Part shown: piece after piece, positions 29,422 through 40,104 of the stretch
Layout of the letters: every line of letters starts with the position of its first letter
Position numbering within the stretch: the first letter of the stretch is position 1
From: Cyanobacteria bacterium auto_48_18
GTDB lineage: Bacteria; Cyanobacteriota; Vampirovibrionia; Obscuribacterales; Obscuribacteraceae
Length of the DNA stretch: 64,000 nt
Assembly: GCA_036170915.1 (NCBI GenBank)
Contig: JAVHQC010000021.1
Span: forward strand, 1-64,000
Direction: 5' to 3'
The notes under the pieces: model-generated
Databases searched by the model: none
Seen by the model: only the letters and a program-made list of their open reading frames with translations
What the model was told of the DNA's origin: nothing
Program-made: the position numbers and the translations under genes

Positions 29422-29513
29422 CGCATTGGGGATTTACAGAATAAAACAACACTCGTGACAAAGTCGTGACTATCTAAAAAACTGTTGTACTATATGTCAG
29501 CATAAATCAGATT

Positions 29514-29577
29514 AAAAAAGAACGACAAGGGAACCGAAACAAGCCGTGAGGCTTGAATCGGTTCTCCAGGCCGTTCT
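29514..29577 (-). terminator. Intrinsic terminator of the GH2 operon
   Basis: AGAACG..GGGAACCGA...TCGGTTCTCC..CGTTCT with A6 at 29514-29519. Confidence 0.75.
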
Positions 29578-29590
29578 AAAAGATCAGCGC

Positions 29591-31366
29591 CTAGTGGCCT
29601 CTGACCTGACGAGCAATTTCTTCGATGTCGTACTTGGGAGTGCGGTCCATGTACAGAAGGCCATTGGCTTCCTGATAGGTGTCGGTCAGCTGCGTGTAGC
29701 AGAAACCGGCCATGCCCCACATTTCACGTGCAGCTCGCAGAATGTCGCCCACCTGTTGGGTGAACTCCGCGATGGTTGCAGCACGCTTGTAACCCCAGGC
29801 CTTCTCGTCCTTGGAGAAGCAGATGCCACCAAACTCGGTGAGCATGACAGGACGATCAGCGTGAGTGTAGCCTTCCAGCAACAGCTCACGACCACCAGGA
29901 CGCTGCTTGGCGAACATGGTGCTGCGCTCGTTGGCATTGAGACCGTGGTTGTAACGATCACGCAGCCGATTGGCGTCGCCATCGTAATCGTGCACGGCCA
30001 GGATGTCACCAGCATTCATCTCCCAGCCATCGTTGCCGATGACAGGGCGCGAGGTGTCGAGGCTCTTGGTCAGGTGGTAAATCGCCTTCTGGCTGTCGCG
30101 CTGTGCGGCAACCACAGTCAGGTCAGGCAGACCCCAAGACTCGTTGTACGGCACCCAGGCAACGATGCACGGATGCGAGATGTCGCGTTCGATGGCTTCG
30201 GTCCAGGTGGAAAGCAGCCGCTGAGTGGCCTTAGCCGTGAAGGCGTAAGGGCTCGGCATCTCTTCCCAAACCATCAGACCAAGCTTGTCGGCCCAGTACA
30301 AGAAACGGGGGTCTTCGATCTTCTGGTGCTTACGCACACCGTTGAAGCCGAGCTTTTTGGTGAGCTCGACGTCGGCGCGCAAAGCGTCGTCGCCAGAAGA
30401 AGTCAGGCCGGTCTCCTGCCAGTAGCCCTGATCGAGCACCAGCCGCAGGTGATAAGGCCGACCATTGAGCAAGAAACGCTCACGGTCAACTGATACCGTC
30501 CGCAGTGCAGTGTAGCTGGTCACCTTGTCGAGCACCTTGTAGGAGGCACTGTACAAAGTGACGTCGACGTCGAACAGCTGCGGGTTATCGGGAGTCCACA
30601 GCATGGCGTCGCGCGCGTCGCCGATACCAGGATCGGGCAGCTGAATGCGGCGAGCAACCTGCCCGTCAACGACTCCGTAGACGTCATCGATAAGCACCCT
30701 GCCGTTGTGCGTGATGCGCACATGCAACTTGGTACCAGCAGTGGCGCCGTCGAACGAAGCCACCAGCCCGAGCGACCAGTCAGCCACATCGGAGCTCCAG
30801 CGCAGGTTCTTGATGGAAGTGGCCGAGACCTTTTCCATCCAGACAGTCTGCCAGATACCCGTGGTACGCGGATACCAGATGGAGTGAGCGGCGGGCAGCC
30901 AGTCTTGCTTGCCGCGGGGCTTGCTCATGTCATGCGGGTCATCGAGCGCCTGCACGACGATGGTCTGCAGCCCACAGTCGTCGGTGAGGCTGTCGGTGAT
31001 GTCGATGGAGAAAGGCGTGTAACCACCTTCGTGAGAGCCGGCCAGATGACCATTGACGAAGACGTTGCACTGCCAGTCGACCGCACCGAAGTGCAGCACC
31101 AGGCGCTTGCCGTCTTTCAAGGACGGAGCGGTGAACTGCCGGCGATACCAGACCGCCTTGTAGAAACCCTGGTCGGCGACCAAGCTGGCCGGCGTCTCGG
31201 GCGCATAGGGAACGACGATCTTGCGATCAAACTTGACAGTCTTGATCGTGAGCACGGCCTCGTGATCGATGACGAAATCCCATTCGCCATTGAGGTTGGT
31301 CCAGCCAGCGCGCTGCATGAGCGGCCGCGGGTATCCGTGAGCGTTATTGATAATATTCCGTTTCAT
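29591..31366 (-). CDS. Glycoside hydrolase family 2 (beta-galactosidase/glucuronidase-like)
   Basis: LNGEW, LHFGAVD, HEGGYTPF, GIWQTV, GFNGVRKH, YNESWG, LTEFGG. Confidence 0.92.
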   Translation of the reverse strand: MKRNIINNAHGYPRPLMQRAGWTNLNGEWDFVIDHEAVLTIKTVKFDRKIVVPYAPETPASLVADQGFYKAVWYRRQFTAPSLKDGKRLVLHFGAVDWQCNVFVNGHLAGSHEGGYTPFSIDITDSLTDDCGLQTIVVQALDDPHDMSKPRGKQDWLPAAHSIWYPRTTGIWQTVWMEKVSATSIKNLRWSSDVADWSLGLVASFDGATAGTKLHVRITHNGRVLIDDVYGVVDGQVARRIQLPDPGIGDARDAMLWTPDNPQLFDVDVTLYSASYKVLDKVTSYTALRTVSVDRERFLLNGRPYHLRLVLDQGYWQETGLTSSGDDALRADVELTKKLGFNGVRKHQKIEDPRFLYWADKLGLMVWEEMPSPYAFTAKATQRLLSTWTEAIERDISHPCIVAWVPYNESWGLPDLTVVAAQRDSQKAIYHLTKSLDTSRPVIGNDGWEMNAGDILAVHDYDGDANRLRDRYNHGLNANERSTMFAKQRPGGRELLLEGYTHADRPVMLTEFGGICFSKDEKAWGYKRAATIAEFTQQVGDILRAAREMWGMAGFCYTQLTDTYQEANGLLYMDRTPKYDIEEIARQVRGH

Positions 31367-31408
31367 GATGTGTCTCCTAGAAACTGATGTTAAAAAGTAG
31401 TGCTCCGG

Positions 31409-32185
31409 TTACTTGGCCGGGGCGTAGACCTGTCCTGCGTTCAGCACCGAAACCGAGGCTCCGACTACTGAATAAAGAAAATCTGGGCGCATGCGTGCCG
31501 CCTTCTTGGCAGAAGGTTTCACCGCTGTGCCGCCGCTAACGAACGTAACATGACCAACACCAAACACGGTCATGCGATCGGCCTCGATGAGAAGAGCGGT
31601 GTCTTCGTCAAGGCCGATGCCGAGCGCACCGGGGAAGAGTTGGCCGGCAGCAAGCAGGCGATTGAACCTCGCTCGCGCCAAGAAATGGGTGTCAACAATG
31701 GTGTTGGCCAGCAGACCCAAACCTTTGCCGACTGTCAGAGAACCTTGTCGCAACAGCCCGTCTTTCATGCCACCAGCGATGATGTCAAAGCCGACGGCTG
31801 CAGCCCCTGCGGAAGTACCAGCAATCAAGCCGCCATTGCGAAAATAACGGCGCAACTTGGTGGCACCGATGTTACCGAGACGATCGAGAAGATCGTTCTG
31901 GTCGCCGCCGGTCATGTAGATGCCGGTGACGTCATCGTCAATCACCAGGCGCTTGCCGGCGACAGCAAAGGTGATCTTGGTCACGCCCTTTTGTCGCAAC
32001 TCCTTGTCGAGGTCTGCGCAGACTTCGAGAGGTATGGAACTGGCGAAAGGAATGACCAGGATGTGTGCGTTCTCGCCGCCGGCCAACTTGGCGAACTTGG
32101 TCAGGCAGCGCTTGGCTTTTCCGCCAATGATAAACAACCTGCCCGTCGCGTGGAGGGGAAGGCCGGTAACCGTGCTCTTTTTCAT
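31409..32185 (-). CDS. cphB: Cyanophycinase (peptidase S51)
   Basis: IIGG, TGGDQ, GTSAGA, DTHF, GIGLDEDT. Confidence 0.82.
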   Translation of the reverse strand: MKKSTVTGLPLHATGRLFIIGGKAKRCLTKFAKLAGGENAHILVIPFASSIPLEVCADLDKELRQKGVTKITFAVAGKRLVIDDDVTGIYMTGGDQNDLLDRLGNIGATKLRRYFRNGGLIAGTSAGAAAVGFDIIAGGMKDGLLRQGSLTVGKGLGLLANTIVDTHFLARARFNRLLAAGQLFPGALGIGLDEDTALLIEADRMTVFGVGHVTFVSGGTAVKPSAKKAARMRPDFLYSVVGASVSVLNAGQVYAPAK

Positions 32186-32240
32186 ATAGGCTCCTTAGGA
32201 GGTTTAAAAAAGGCCTCGCACTGCCGCTGGTATCACGACC

Positions 32241-33398
32241 TTACTGAGGCTTGGAGTCAACAGCCGGCGTTGCCGGAGTCGACACGACAGTTGCTTCGGC
32301 TTCTTTCGAGGCCGCAAGCGCTTTCTGAGCTGCTTCAGCGTTGCTCGCCTCAAGGGCGATGGCGCGCTTGGACAGCGGTTTGTACATCCACATGTTGACG
32401 GCGCCAATGTTGTCCTGAGGCCATTTCGGGCCTTTGAGGTCGAGGCCGGCAGGAATGTATTGCGAAGGCAGAGACTGCACCACAACCACCCAAGACTCTT
32501 GCTGACGGGTGAGCTTGATGCCACTGGCCTTGATTTTCTTCAAGCCGGCGGCAAACTCGTCCATCAACTGAGCCAGCGCGGGGGTGGCGTACTTGTAGCC
32601 CTGAGACTCGGTCCATTTGGCCACATGGTAATGGCTGCTGGCGTTCTCAACGTAGTCGTAACCGGCCCTTAGACACAGAGTGTCCATCACCGGGATGATG
32701 GCGCGGGACACGTCGGGAATGGGGTTGCCATTCTGACCGGGGGCGCGCGACGACTTCCAGGCCATGTTGAAGTGCTTGAGAAACACTTCAGGCTGGTTGA
32801 TGAAGCGAAACGGATTCTCGACGAATCGATCGTATTCACTGTCGCCGGTGGCATCCACAAGACGCGACCCGGGCATGAATCCGTAGACCGAAGCTTCTGC
32901 GAACTTGCTGTCTTCGGGCATGTTCGCGATTGTCAGTGGCGAGTTGACGGGGTCGTCGTAGCAGCCGGCAAAGTCGATCAGCGAGTTGTCGTTTGCACGG
33001 CGAGTGCCGTCGTAACGTCGATCGCGAAGAGCGGCCTTGAAAATCAGCTGCGGACCTGACGGCAGATGCCCGACCCATCCGTATGCTTTCCACTTCAGGC
33101 CTTCGTATTTGACGACGTAGGCACCATATGTGGTTTTGAAGAAGCAATTGAGATAAGGCAGTCGGACACGATCGATGTCGGTGCCGTAGATCAGGTGTTG
33201 GTTGAGGTTGGTAACTTCGTCGCCAGGGAAGTCACCATCGGTGTTCTCGCGGACCGTATAGCGGGAGTACTCGATTTCGCCGAGCAGGGCTTTGACCTGC
33301 GGGGTGAGAAGTTTCGCCCATATGACTCCGGGAGTGATGTTCGTAAGTGACGTCATCCCGAGCATGTCGGCGACGTCAATTGGTTTGAATTTGTGCAT
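32241..33398 (-). CDS. Hypothetical protein, paralog B (possible GNAT-like C-terminus)
   Basis: Shares FPGDEV.NLN.H, LIFKAALRDR.YDGT, MPGSR, SSHYHVAKW with 33539-34639; start moved to ATG 33398. Confidence 0.8.
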   Translation of the reverse strand: MHKFKPIDVADMLGMTSLTNITPGVIWAKLLTPQVKALLGEIEYSRYTVRENTDGDFPGDEVTNLNQHLIYGTDIDRVRLPYLNCFFKTTYGAYVVKYEGLKWKAYGWVGHLPSGPQLIFKAALRDRRYDGTRRANDNSLIDFAGCYDDPVNSPLTIANMPEDSKFAEASVYGFMPGSRLVDATGDSEYDRFVENPFRFINQPEVFLKHFNMAWKSSRAPGQNGNPIPDVSRAIIPVMDTLCLRAGYDYVENASSHYHVAKWTESQGYKYATPALAQLMDEFAAGLKKIKASGIKLTRQQESWVVVVQSLPSQYIPAGLDLKGPKWPQDNIGAVNMWMYKPLSKRAIALEASNAEAAQKALAASKEAEATVVSTPATPAVDSKPQ

Positions 33399-33538
33399 GT
33401 GATTGGATTCCCACATTAGTGTTGTGATAGGGAAGCCAGCAGAGAGTTTCACGGTCGAACCGCTTTCTCTCTTGGTTTTCCTTGCTTTGTAGCTAAGAAG
33501 AAGAAGCAAGACCTCCGAGGAGGTCTGCTTGCGGCGGT

Positions 33539-34639
33539 TTACTTGCCGTTTTTGGTAAATCTCACTGTCGGCACGAAACCTTGAGCCCGAGCCGAGAGCG
33601 GCTTGTACTGCCAGAGGCATTCGTCGTCGACATTGTTCTGCGGCCAGCGCAAGAGTGCCGACTCGTCAGCGCCGTCTCCCATGAGGAACAACTTGGGAAT
33701 TAGCGACACAGGACGCAGACTTTGCAGAACGCAAATCCACGACTGTTGTGAACGAGTGAGCGGAGTGCCGGCAGCGCGAATGGCTTCCAGACCAGCTTGA
33801 AGCTTTGCCACCATGTCGGCCTGGGCTTTGTCGGAGTAGCTGTAGCCACCCGCTTGAGCCCATTTAGCCACGTGGTAATGGCTGGATGCCATTTCGATCA
33901 GATCGTAGCCGTACTTCGTTGCCAACTTCTCGAAACCAACCAGAGCATATTTCGCCACATCAGTGATGGAAGCGGAATACTGGCCCGGACCGCGCTTGCT
34001 CGCAAGAGCACGCTGGAAAAGGGCGATGAAGGTGTCGGGCTGGTTGAGGAAGTGAAACGGGTTGGAGACGAACTGTTCGTAGACCTTGTCGCCGGTGGCA
34101 TCCATGATGCGTGAACCCGGCATGTAACCGTAGATGGAGAGCTCCACCGACGAGAGCGTTGTGCTGATACGCTGATGGTAGTCGGCATCGTCGTAGCAGT
34201 ACTCGAGCAGAGCGCAATCGTTGGCGCGCTTGGTGCCGTCATAGAGTCGGTCGCGCAAGGCGGCCTTGAAAATGAGTTCACCTTTGCGCGCAAAGACATC
34301 GCCATACCAGCAGAAAACTTCGAACTTGACACCGTCACGCTTGATCACCATGTAGCCGTTGGCTGTGCGGTAAATCGTGTGCATGTACGGAAATCGAACG
34401 TAGTCTGTGGAAAGCTTGCCGCTTGCGTCTGCCAGCATGTGACCGTTGAGGTTTGAAACTTCGTCTCCAGGAAAAAGCCCGGCAACAGTGTCGAGGACAC
34501 GTGGGGCTTCAACGCTGAGGAGGCGACCGAGTAAACCTTTGACAGTAGGAGTAACCAGATAACGCCAGATCTCTTCATCAGTGACCTGCGAGATCCGAGT
34601 TACTCCAAGATGATTTGGAACGTTTTTAAATTTGAACAT
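33539..34639 (-). CDS. Hypothetical protein, paralog A (possible GNAT-like C-terminus)
   Basis: Same motifs; GAGG SD before ATG 34639. Confidence 0.8.
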   Translation of the reverse strand: MFKFKNVPNHLGVTRISQVTDEEIWRYLVTPTVKGLLGRLLSVEAPRVLDTVAGLFPGDEVSNLNGHMLADASGKLSTDYVRFPYMHTIYRTANGYMVIKRDGVKFEVFCWYGDVFARKGELIFKAALRDRLYDGTKRANDCALLEYCYDDADYHQRISTTLSSVELSIYGYMPGSRIMDATGDKVYEQFVSNPFHFLNQPDTFIALFQRALASKRGPGQYSASITDVAKYALVGFEKLATKYGYDLIEMASSHYHVAKWAQAGGYSYSDKAQADMVAKLQAGLEAIRAAGTPLTRSQQSWICVLQSLRPVSLIPKLFLMGDGADESALLRWPQNNVDDECLWQYKPLSARAQGFVPTVRFTKNGK

Positions 34640-35142
34640 AGAGATGTTTGCCTCTCGGTTTTTTGTTTTTGAAAGACACACAAAAGCCGGCCCTCAGCGA
34701 TATGCATGAGCACCAAGCTTGAGCAATTGAGAAGTAACTTCGGCCTCGAACTAATTCAAGATTCTGGCGTTAGCTGCGGTTGACTAAAAAGCGAACTTCA
34801 GGCCTCCTCTATTTCCACCGGTGTGGAAGGGAAAGAGGGTGTTATGGCAGTGCCGTTTTGAATCGATAAATTTAATAGCTCTTGTGCTTGAAGGTAGAAG
34901 TAATGGATCCCTAGGTTATGTAAAACGCTTAGGATCTATCAATAGTCTTGAGACCAGATCTTCATGTGATCTTCATAATTCTTTTAAGCCGAAAAACACT
35001 TGCAAGAACGTTGCCAAGAGGACGGCGCCGCGCTAACCGTTACCACCATGTGTAAAGCTCAGCAACAAACACCCTCACACGCGGGCAATTGCCAAGAGGG
35101 ATAACCACAACTCTGCCGCTGACTCGCGCTGGAACGCTCACG

Positions 35143-36441
35143 CTAGCTATTAACCAGCTCGAGTAATTCGCTTTGTGAACAGTGGTTAAGGCGTAGACGG
35201 CTCAAGCTGCGCGCATTGTTACGTAAATCGAAACCGACGATTGCAGACGAAATACTGATCACACCATCAAGAACAGGCGTCGGTACTTGAGCTAAGTGTG
35301 CAAGATCCGACATAAGCACCAGATGATCTGAGACATAGCAACTGAGTAATTCTTGAGCCATTCGGTGAGACCAATTAAGGCCTTTGAACCATTCACCAGA
35401 AATGCCAATCAGGGCTTCAGCCAGCGTTGCTTCATGGCAAGATTCAAGGTCATCACAATGGTCATGAGCCATGTCACCAGGTTCAAAATTGACCTGGCAA
35501 TAAGATTCTTCGCGTAAAGCTCGACCAAAATCTGCCAGCGCACACTTGTAAGAAAAAGAGAGGCGGGATATTTCTTGCTCGAGTTCGGCCAGCATGGCTA
35601 AATTTGAGCGGTTGAGTAAATTTGAAAGGTCACCCAGGGCCTCAATCTTTCCACCTAAAAGTGCGCTTAAAGCAAAGACAGGGCGCACCACCGACTCAGC
35701 ATCGAGAAAACCACGTTCAAGCATGTTGGAAGCCGGCAACAAACCTGGAGAAACCACGCATGCGAGAGGCAGAGCCCGTCTAATTTCATTACGTGTACGG
35801 CCGGAAAGATTGACGCGTCGCCTCAGGCCAAGAATTGCCACTCCATCTGGTGACGACTGGGCATGGTTAAATAACCAATCGAGCTCAACAATATTGGTGG
35901 TTAAATCAGGTGCCGCTGCCTTTAAGGCCATGCCAAATTGCAATGCGCCAAGCATGGGAGCGCCCACCAGGGCAATGGTTGTGCCAAATTCGAGAGATGG
36001 GGCCAGGGCCCTGGCGATGGCACTATAGGCAGTGGCTGGTCCGGAAATTACTACTGCATTTGCGCCTGACAAACACTCTTCGACGTCACGACTTTTGAGA
36101 CTATATTTGATATCACTATCAGGATAATAGCGGGCAATATTAACTGGTGAAATACTGCGCTGGTAGGCCACCGGTGCTGGCACTGACGTAGGCTCAGCCA
36201 TGCTTGAATCAAAAGCAGCACTGCCAAGTTCAATATGGGGTGGAGTAATTCCGCCGAGTAAACGAATAGACAGACTGGCATCTTGGGTGGTGCCATTAGC
36301 AGACACAAGACCAGCTAGAGCAATTGCTTCTGCGCCATCACCGACAATGCAAACATTTACATGAGTGGTCTCACCGGCCCGCTCGGTAACTCGATCTTGT
36401 AACTGGCTCGGGAAGCCACTAACAGTCTGCCCTATACTCAG
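35143..36441 (-). CDS. Opine (octopine/nopaline) dehydrogenase-like protein, probable CTG start
   Basis: In-frame VCIVGDGAEAIALAG Rossmann motif lies upstream of the ORF-track start; C-terminal A.VPTPVLDGVI.I.SAI.G.D....RSL..L. Confidence 0.7.
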   Translation of the reverse strand: MSIGQTVSGFPSQLQDRVTERAGETTHVNVCIVGDGAEAIALAGLVSANGTTQDASLSIRLLGGITPPHIELGSAAFDSSMAEPTSVPAPVAYQRSISPVNIARYYPDSDIKYSLKSRDVEECLSGANAVVISGPATAYSAIARALAPSLEFGTTIALVGAPMLGALQFGMALKAAAPDLTTNIVELDWLFNHAQSSPDGVAILGLRRRVNLSGRTRNEIRRALPLACVVSPGLLPASNMLERGFLDAESVVRPVFALSALLGGKIEALGDLSNLLNRSNLAMLAELEQEISRLSFSYKCALADFGRALREESYCQVNFEPGDMAHDHCDDLESCHEATLAEALIGISGEWFKGLNWSHRMAQELLSCYVSDHLVLMSDLAHLAQVPTPVLDGVISISSAIVGFDLRNNARSLSRLRLNHCSQSELLELVNS

Positions 36442-36685
36442 AGTAACTGTCCTCCGCGCGATGCATTATGCAAAGAAATGCAATTGATTTTTTTAGTAAA
36501 CCGAATGTTGTTCTTCGGCCTGCACCAGTCTAGTACAAAAGACATAGAAGACAAGACCTGCCTGCAAGGTTTAACCTGAATTGTAATCAGAGGCTGTAAA
36601 CTGGCCGTTTAAGGTTGGAAAAAACCTAAGTCAAGTATTCCACTACGGTTTAATGTTAAAGACAAAAAGCGAGCAAAATTAGCTA

Positions 36686-37678
36686 ATGGCAACAATTTAC
36701 TATGACCAAGACGCCGACCTGGGCCTGCTCAAGAACAAAGTGGTGGCAATCATCGGCTATGGCAATCAAGGCCGCGCTCATGCACTTAATCTAAAAGATA
36801 GTGGTATCGACGTCGTCATTGGTGCTCGTAACAATGGCAATTCATTTCGTAACGCTGAGGCAGAAGGCTTCGCCACAATGCCTGTAAAAGAGGCCTGCGT
36901 CAAGGCTTCTGTTCTGGCCATTATGTTGCCAGACGAAGTGGTAACGGCCGTTTTTAAGAATGAAATCGATGTGGCCCTTCAAGAAAACACCGAGGCCAAA
37001 ACATTTGTCTTTGCTCACGGATTTACAGTGACTAACCAAACGGCGCAGTTTCCGGCCTCTGCCGACATTGTCTTGGTTGCTCCTACTGGCCCCGGGCGTC
37101 AAGTGCGCTCACTTTACGCAGAAGGCAAAGGCTTGCCTGCGCTAGTGGCCGTCGAGCAAGACGCCTCTGGCCACGCACTGGGTGTGGCTCTGGCGTATGC
37201 GAAGGCAATCGGCTGCACTCGGGCGGGCGCCATCAAGACTACATTTAGAGAAGAAACAGTGACAGATCTCTTTTGCGAACAAGCGGTCCTTTGTGGTGGA
37301 ATGCCAGAGTTGATCAAAGCTTCCTTTAACACCCTCGTAGCCCGCGGCTATCAGCCTGAGCTGGCCTATATATCTTGCCTGAAAGAAGTAAAACTCATTG
37401 CTGATCTGCTGTTTACCCAGGGCATGGACGGCATGCGTGACGCCATCTCCAACACGGCCAAATATGGCTCTGTGATTGCGGGGCCAAGCATTATTGACGC
37501 TGCCGCCGTACAGAAGCTAGAGCAACTTTTGAACAATATAGAAGAAGGCCGCTTTGCTCGCGATTTTATCGCCGAGGCTACAGCCGGCTCGCCTGTAACA
37601 CGCGAATATGCTTCTCAGGAAGTAAACAGTCGACTGGCCAGAACCGGCAGAGAGCTCAAAAGCAGCCTGCATTTCTAG
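36686..37678 (+). CDS. ilvC: Ketol-acid reductoisomerase
   Basis: IIGYGNQGRAHALNLKDSG, FAHGF, TTFREETVTDLFCEQAVLCGG. Confidence 0.96.
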   Translation: MATIYYDQDADLGLLKNKVVAIIGYGNQGRAHALNLKDSGIDVVIGARNNGNSFRNAEAEGFATMPVKEACVKASVLAIMLPDEVVTAVFKNEIDVALQENTEAKTFVFAHGFTVTNQTAQFPASADIVLVAPTGPGRQVRSLYAEGKGLPALVAVEQDASGHALGVALAYAKAIGCTRAGAIKTTFREETVTDLFCEQAVLCGGMPELIKASFNTLVARGYQPELAYISCLKEVKLIADLLFTQGMDGMRDAISNTAKYGSVIAGPSIIDAAAVQKLEQLLNNIEEGRFARDFIAEATAGSPVTREYASQEVNSRLARTGRELKSSLHF

Positions 37679-37766
37679 GCTTTTTGAAAATCTTTGGCTT
37701 GGTTTGTCCAATAAATTCAGCCCGCGTATAGATACCGGCGTGAGGAAGTATTGTTGGAGAACCGAA

Positions 37767-38054
37767 ATGTCCATTCTTGCTGACCGATTCGATATAGCCG
37801 AAGTCAAAAGAGCATCTGTGCGCTTCAAAGGCGCCCTGCAAGCTGAATGGCAAGAAATAACAAAAGTAGGATTCACCCCAGCGGATACCGCTGATTTCGT
37901 TGACTTCAGTGAGCCTATCAATCCAGCAGTAGACCTGGCTGTAGCAGCTCTTCCTCGCGTTAATTTTTCGCTCAGCTACAAAGATGAGAGCCTGCGTGGC
38001 AATAGCTCCACCGGCTTCTTTAGTCCTTTGAAAGTGAGCAACTGGGAGCACTAA
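37767..38054 (+). CDS. Hypothetical protein (95 aa)
   Basis: GGAG SD before ATG 37767. Confidence 0.55.
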   Translation: MSILADRFDIAEVKRASVRFKGALQAEWQEITKVGFTPADTADFVDFSEPINPAVDLAVAALPRVNFSLSYKDESLRGNSSTGFFSPLKVSNWEH

Positions 38055-38131
38055 GTTCGGGCCATGCGTCGCAGCATTACTGCACTATAATGCAAGAAGG
38101 GCTGAGACGATGAGCGCCTGGACGGTGACAA

Positions 38132-38875
38132 TTGAGTTGGCTCAAGAAAAAAATAAATTCACTTCGTAGCCCTATGTCTGGCGAACAGACTCTTCGCTGG
38201 TTTATCTTCTTTACAGTACTTTTTTACGTCTTGCTGCCGAAAGTTGATCAGTATAGGTTAGCTTCGAACGAGCTAAATTACGCCTATCATGCGCTCGTCT
38301 ACTTGCTGGGTTTGGCGCCAATTTTTGTTCTTTTGCGTGCCCCGAATGGGCGGCTCACAGACAATGTGTTGTTGGGCACCCTTTGCTCAATATATGCGGC
38401 CATAGCAATTTCAATTGGCTTGTCTATCCTAAATTGGCATGCCTGGCAACCGGATGTTGCTACTTTAGTTTTGAAAGATTGTAAGGCTGTGATACGCAGC
38501 CAGGGCTTAGGTCTATTTACTCCTGTTGGAGAGCAGTTAATTCTAGAACGCCCGGTGTTCGACGGACTGCTAATAGAAAGCAAGATTTTGCTCGATATTA
38601 GTCCCGCTCATGATGGAACACTTAAACTTGTTGATAACGGGAAATCAATCCGATTCTACTGCTGCAAGACTACTAAGCAAAAATATAACGAAGAGACGTA
38701 TGGCCATGTTGAAACTGAAACCACAGATGTTTTTCACGATTTCGACAGTACTTGGGATGGACCTCGAAATCAAAAAAAAATCAAATTGAATGCTGTGGAA
38801 CTTGTTTCTGCATCATGTACGTCTTGGACGCTGGCTTCTTGTCCTAACGATCTTAGATTGAACTGCGCGTTTTGA
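38132..38875 (+). CDS. Hypothetical membrane protein (3 TM + soluble domain)
   Basis: 247 aa ORF, hydrophobic N-half. Confidence 0.65.
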   Translation: MSWLKKKINSLRSPMSGEQTLRWFIFFTVLFYVLLPKVDQYRLASNELNYAYHALVYLLGLAPIFVLLRAPNGRLTDNVLLGTLCSIYAAIAISIGLSILNWHAWQPDVATLVLKDCKAVIRSQGLGLFTPVGEQLILERPVFDGLLIESKILLDISPAHDGTLKLVDNGKSIRFYCCKTTKQKYNEETYGHVETETTDVFHDFDSTWDGPRNQKKIKLNAVELVSASCTSWTLASCPNDLRLNCAF

Positions 38876-39019
38876 CCGCAGCAAGGAAGGCAGGTGTCGA
38901 TTTTAAAAGCCTAAGAAATTTTACAACTCTTAGGTTGTAAAATTAAACAACTTACAGGTTGTAAAAAATCATAGGCGGCAATTAAGACATACGCTGACTA
39001 AAAAAACCGTAGCAGCGCA

Positions 39020-39868
39020 TCAGCGCACAACGATATTATCAATCAAGCGCACTTCACCGAGTTTCGCGGCCAGCAAAACCACAAATGGTTTAGCAAATTC
39101 TGTTAATGGTTCAAGTGTTTCACCATGACACAGAGCCAAATATTGCAAGTCAAATTTGGCCTCGGCCGCGATCATCTCTTTAGCCCTGTCTATGGCTGCT
39201 GCTGCCGACTCTTTCGCCTCATAGGCAGAAACCACTGAACTCAAGGCTTGATGCAAAACAGGTGCAATGCTACGACTGGTTGAATCGAGATAAGCATTGC
39301 GTGAGCTCATTGCCAGACCATCTGCTTCACGCACGGTAGGCACACCAATAATTTCAACAGGCACATTAAGATCACCGGTCAGAGCCTTAATCACCAGCAA
39401 TTGCTGAAAGTCTTTCTCTCCAAAGAAAGCCATGTGCGGCTGAACCAGGTTAAAGAGCTTGGTCACCACCGTGGCAACGCCCCTGAAAAATGTGGGCCGG
39501 AATGAACCCTCTAAAGTGTCACTGAGCGGGCTGGCCGGCACAACGCTGACTATTGACTGGCGGCCATGAGGATATATTTCTTTTTCGCCGGGACAAAATA
39601 CGCAATCGACGCCAACACTGTTGAGCAGCTCTAGATCGCGATCAAAAGTACGTGGATATTTGTCGAAATCTTCGTGAGGAGCAAACTGGAATGGGTTTAC
39701 GAAAATGGAGACCACCACGAAGTCTGCTTGGGCGCGGGCCCGCCTCACTAGCTCAATGTGACCATCATGCAAAGCACCCATGGTAGGCACAAAAGCAACC
39801 GTTTTGCTGCCGGGCTCAGATTTTCCGGCTAACCATGCAGCACCATTGGCAAGGCGCCAGATTTTCAT
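39020..39868 (-). CDS. panC: Pantoate--beta-alanine ligase
   Basis: FVPTMGALHDGH, SIFVNPFQF, FGEKDFQQ, GLAMSSRN, RLIDN; start moved to ATG 39868. Confidence 0.96.
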   Translation of the reverse strand: MKIWRLANGAAWLAGKSEPGSKTVAFVPTMGALHDGHIELVRRARAQADFVVVSIFVNPFQFAPHEDFDKYPRTFDRDLELLNSVGVDCVFCPGEKEIYPHGRQSIVSVVPASPLSDTLEGSFRPTFFRGVATVVTKLFNLVQPHMAFFGEKDFQQLLVIKALTGDLNVPVEIIGVPTVREADGLAMSSRNAYLDSTSRSIAPVLHQALSSVVSAYEAKESAAAAIDRAKEMIAAEAKFDLQYLALCHGETLEPLTEFAKPFVVLLAAKLGEVRLIDNIVVR

Positions 39869-40104
39869 TTGATCAAGAGTGTCAGCAATAAACGGCTTGC
39901 CAGTAGGCCGGTTGTTAAGCGCGCTGTTAAGGCTATCAAGCTCCGTCGCTTGCCCTCTGAGATTGTCTACCACTGCATTTCTCACTTAATTAAACTGAAC
40001 TGTTTTCCACTGACGCAAGAGTATTTTACAGTCTCGCCTCAAGGCTGCCATAATTACTGCCTTATAGAATATCAAGCGAATCATCGAATAAAGCAGGAAT
40101 CAAA

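Noticed and set aside
38916..38966. TTTTACAAC/GTTGTAAAA inverted repeats
   Set aside because: Adequately explained as a bidirectional terminator between convergent genes
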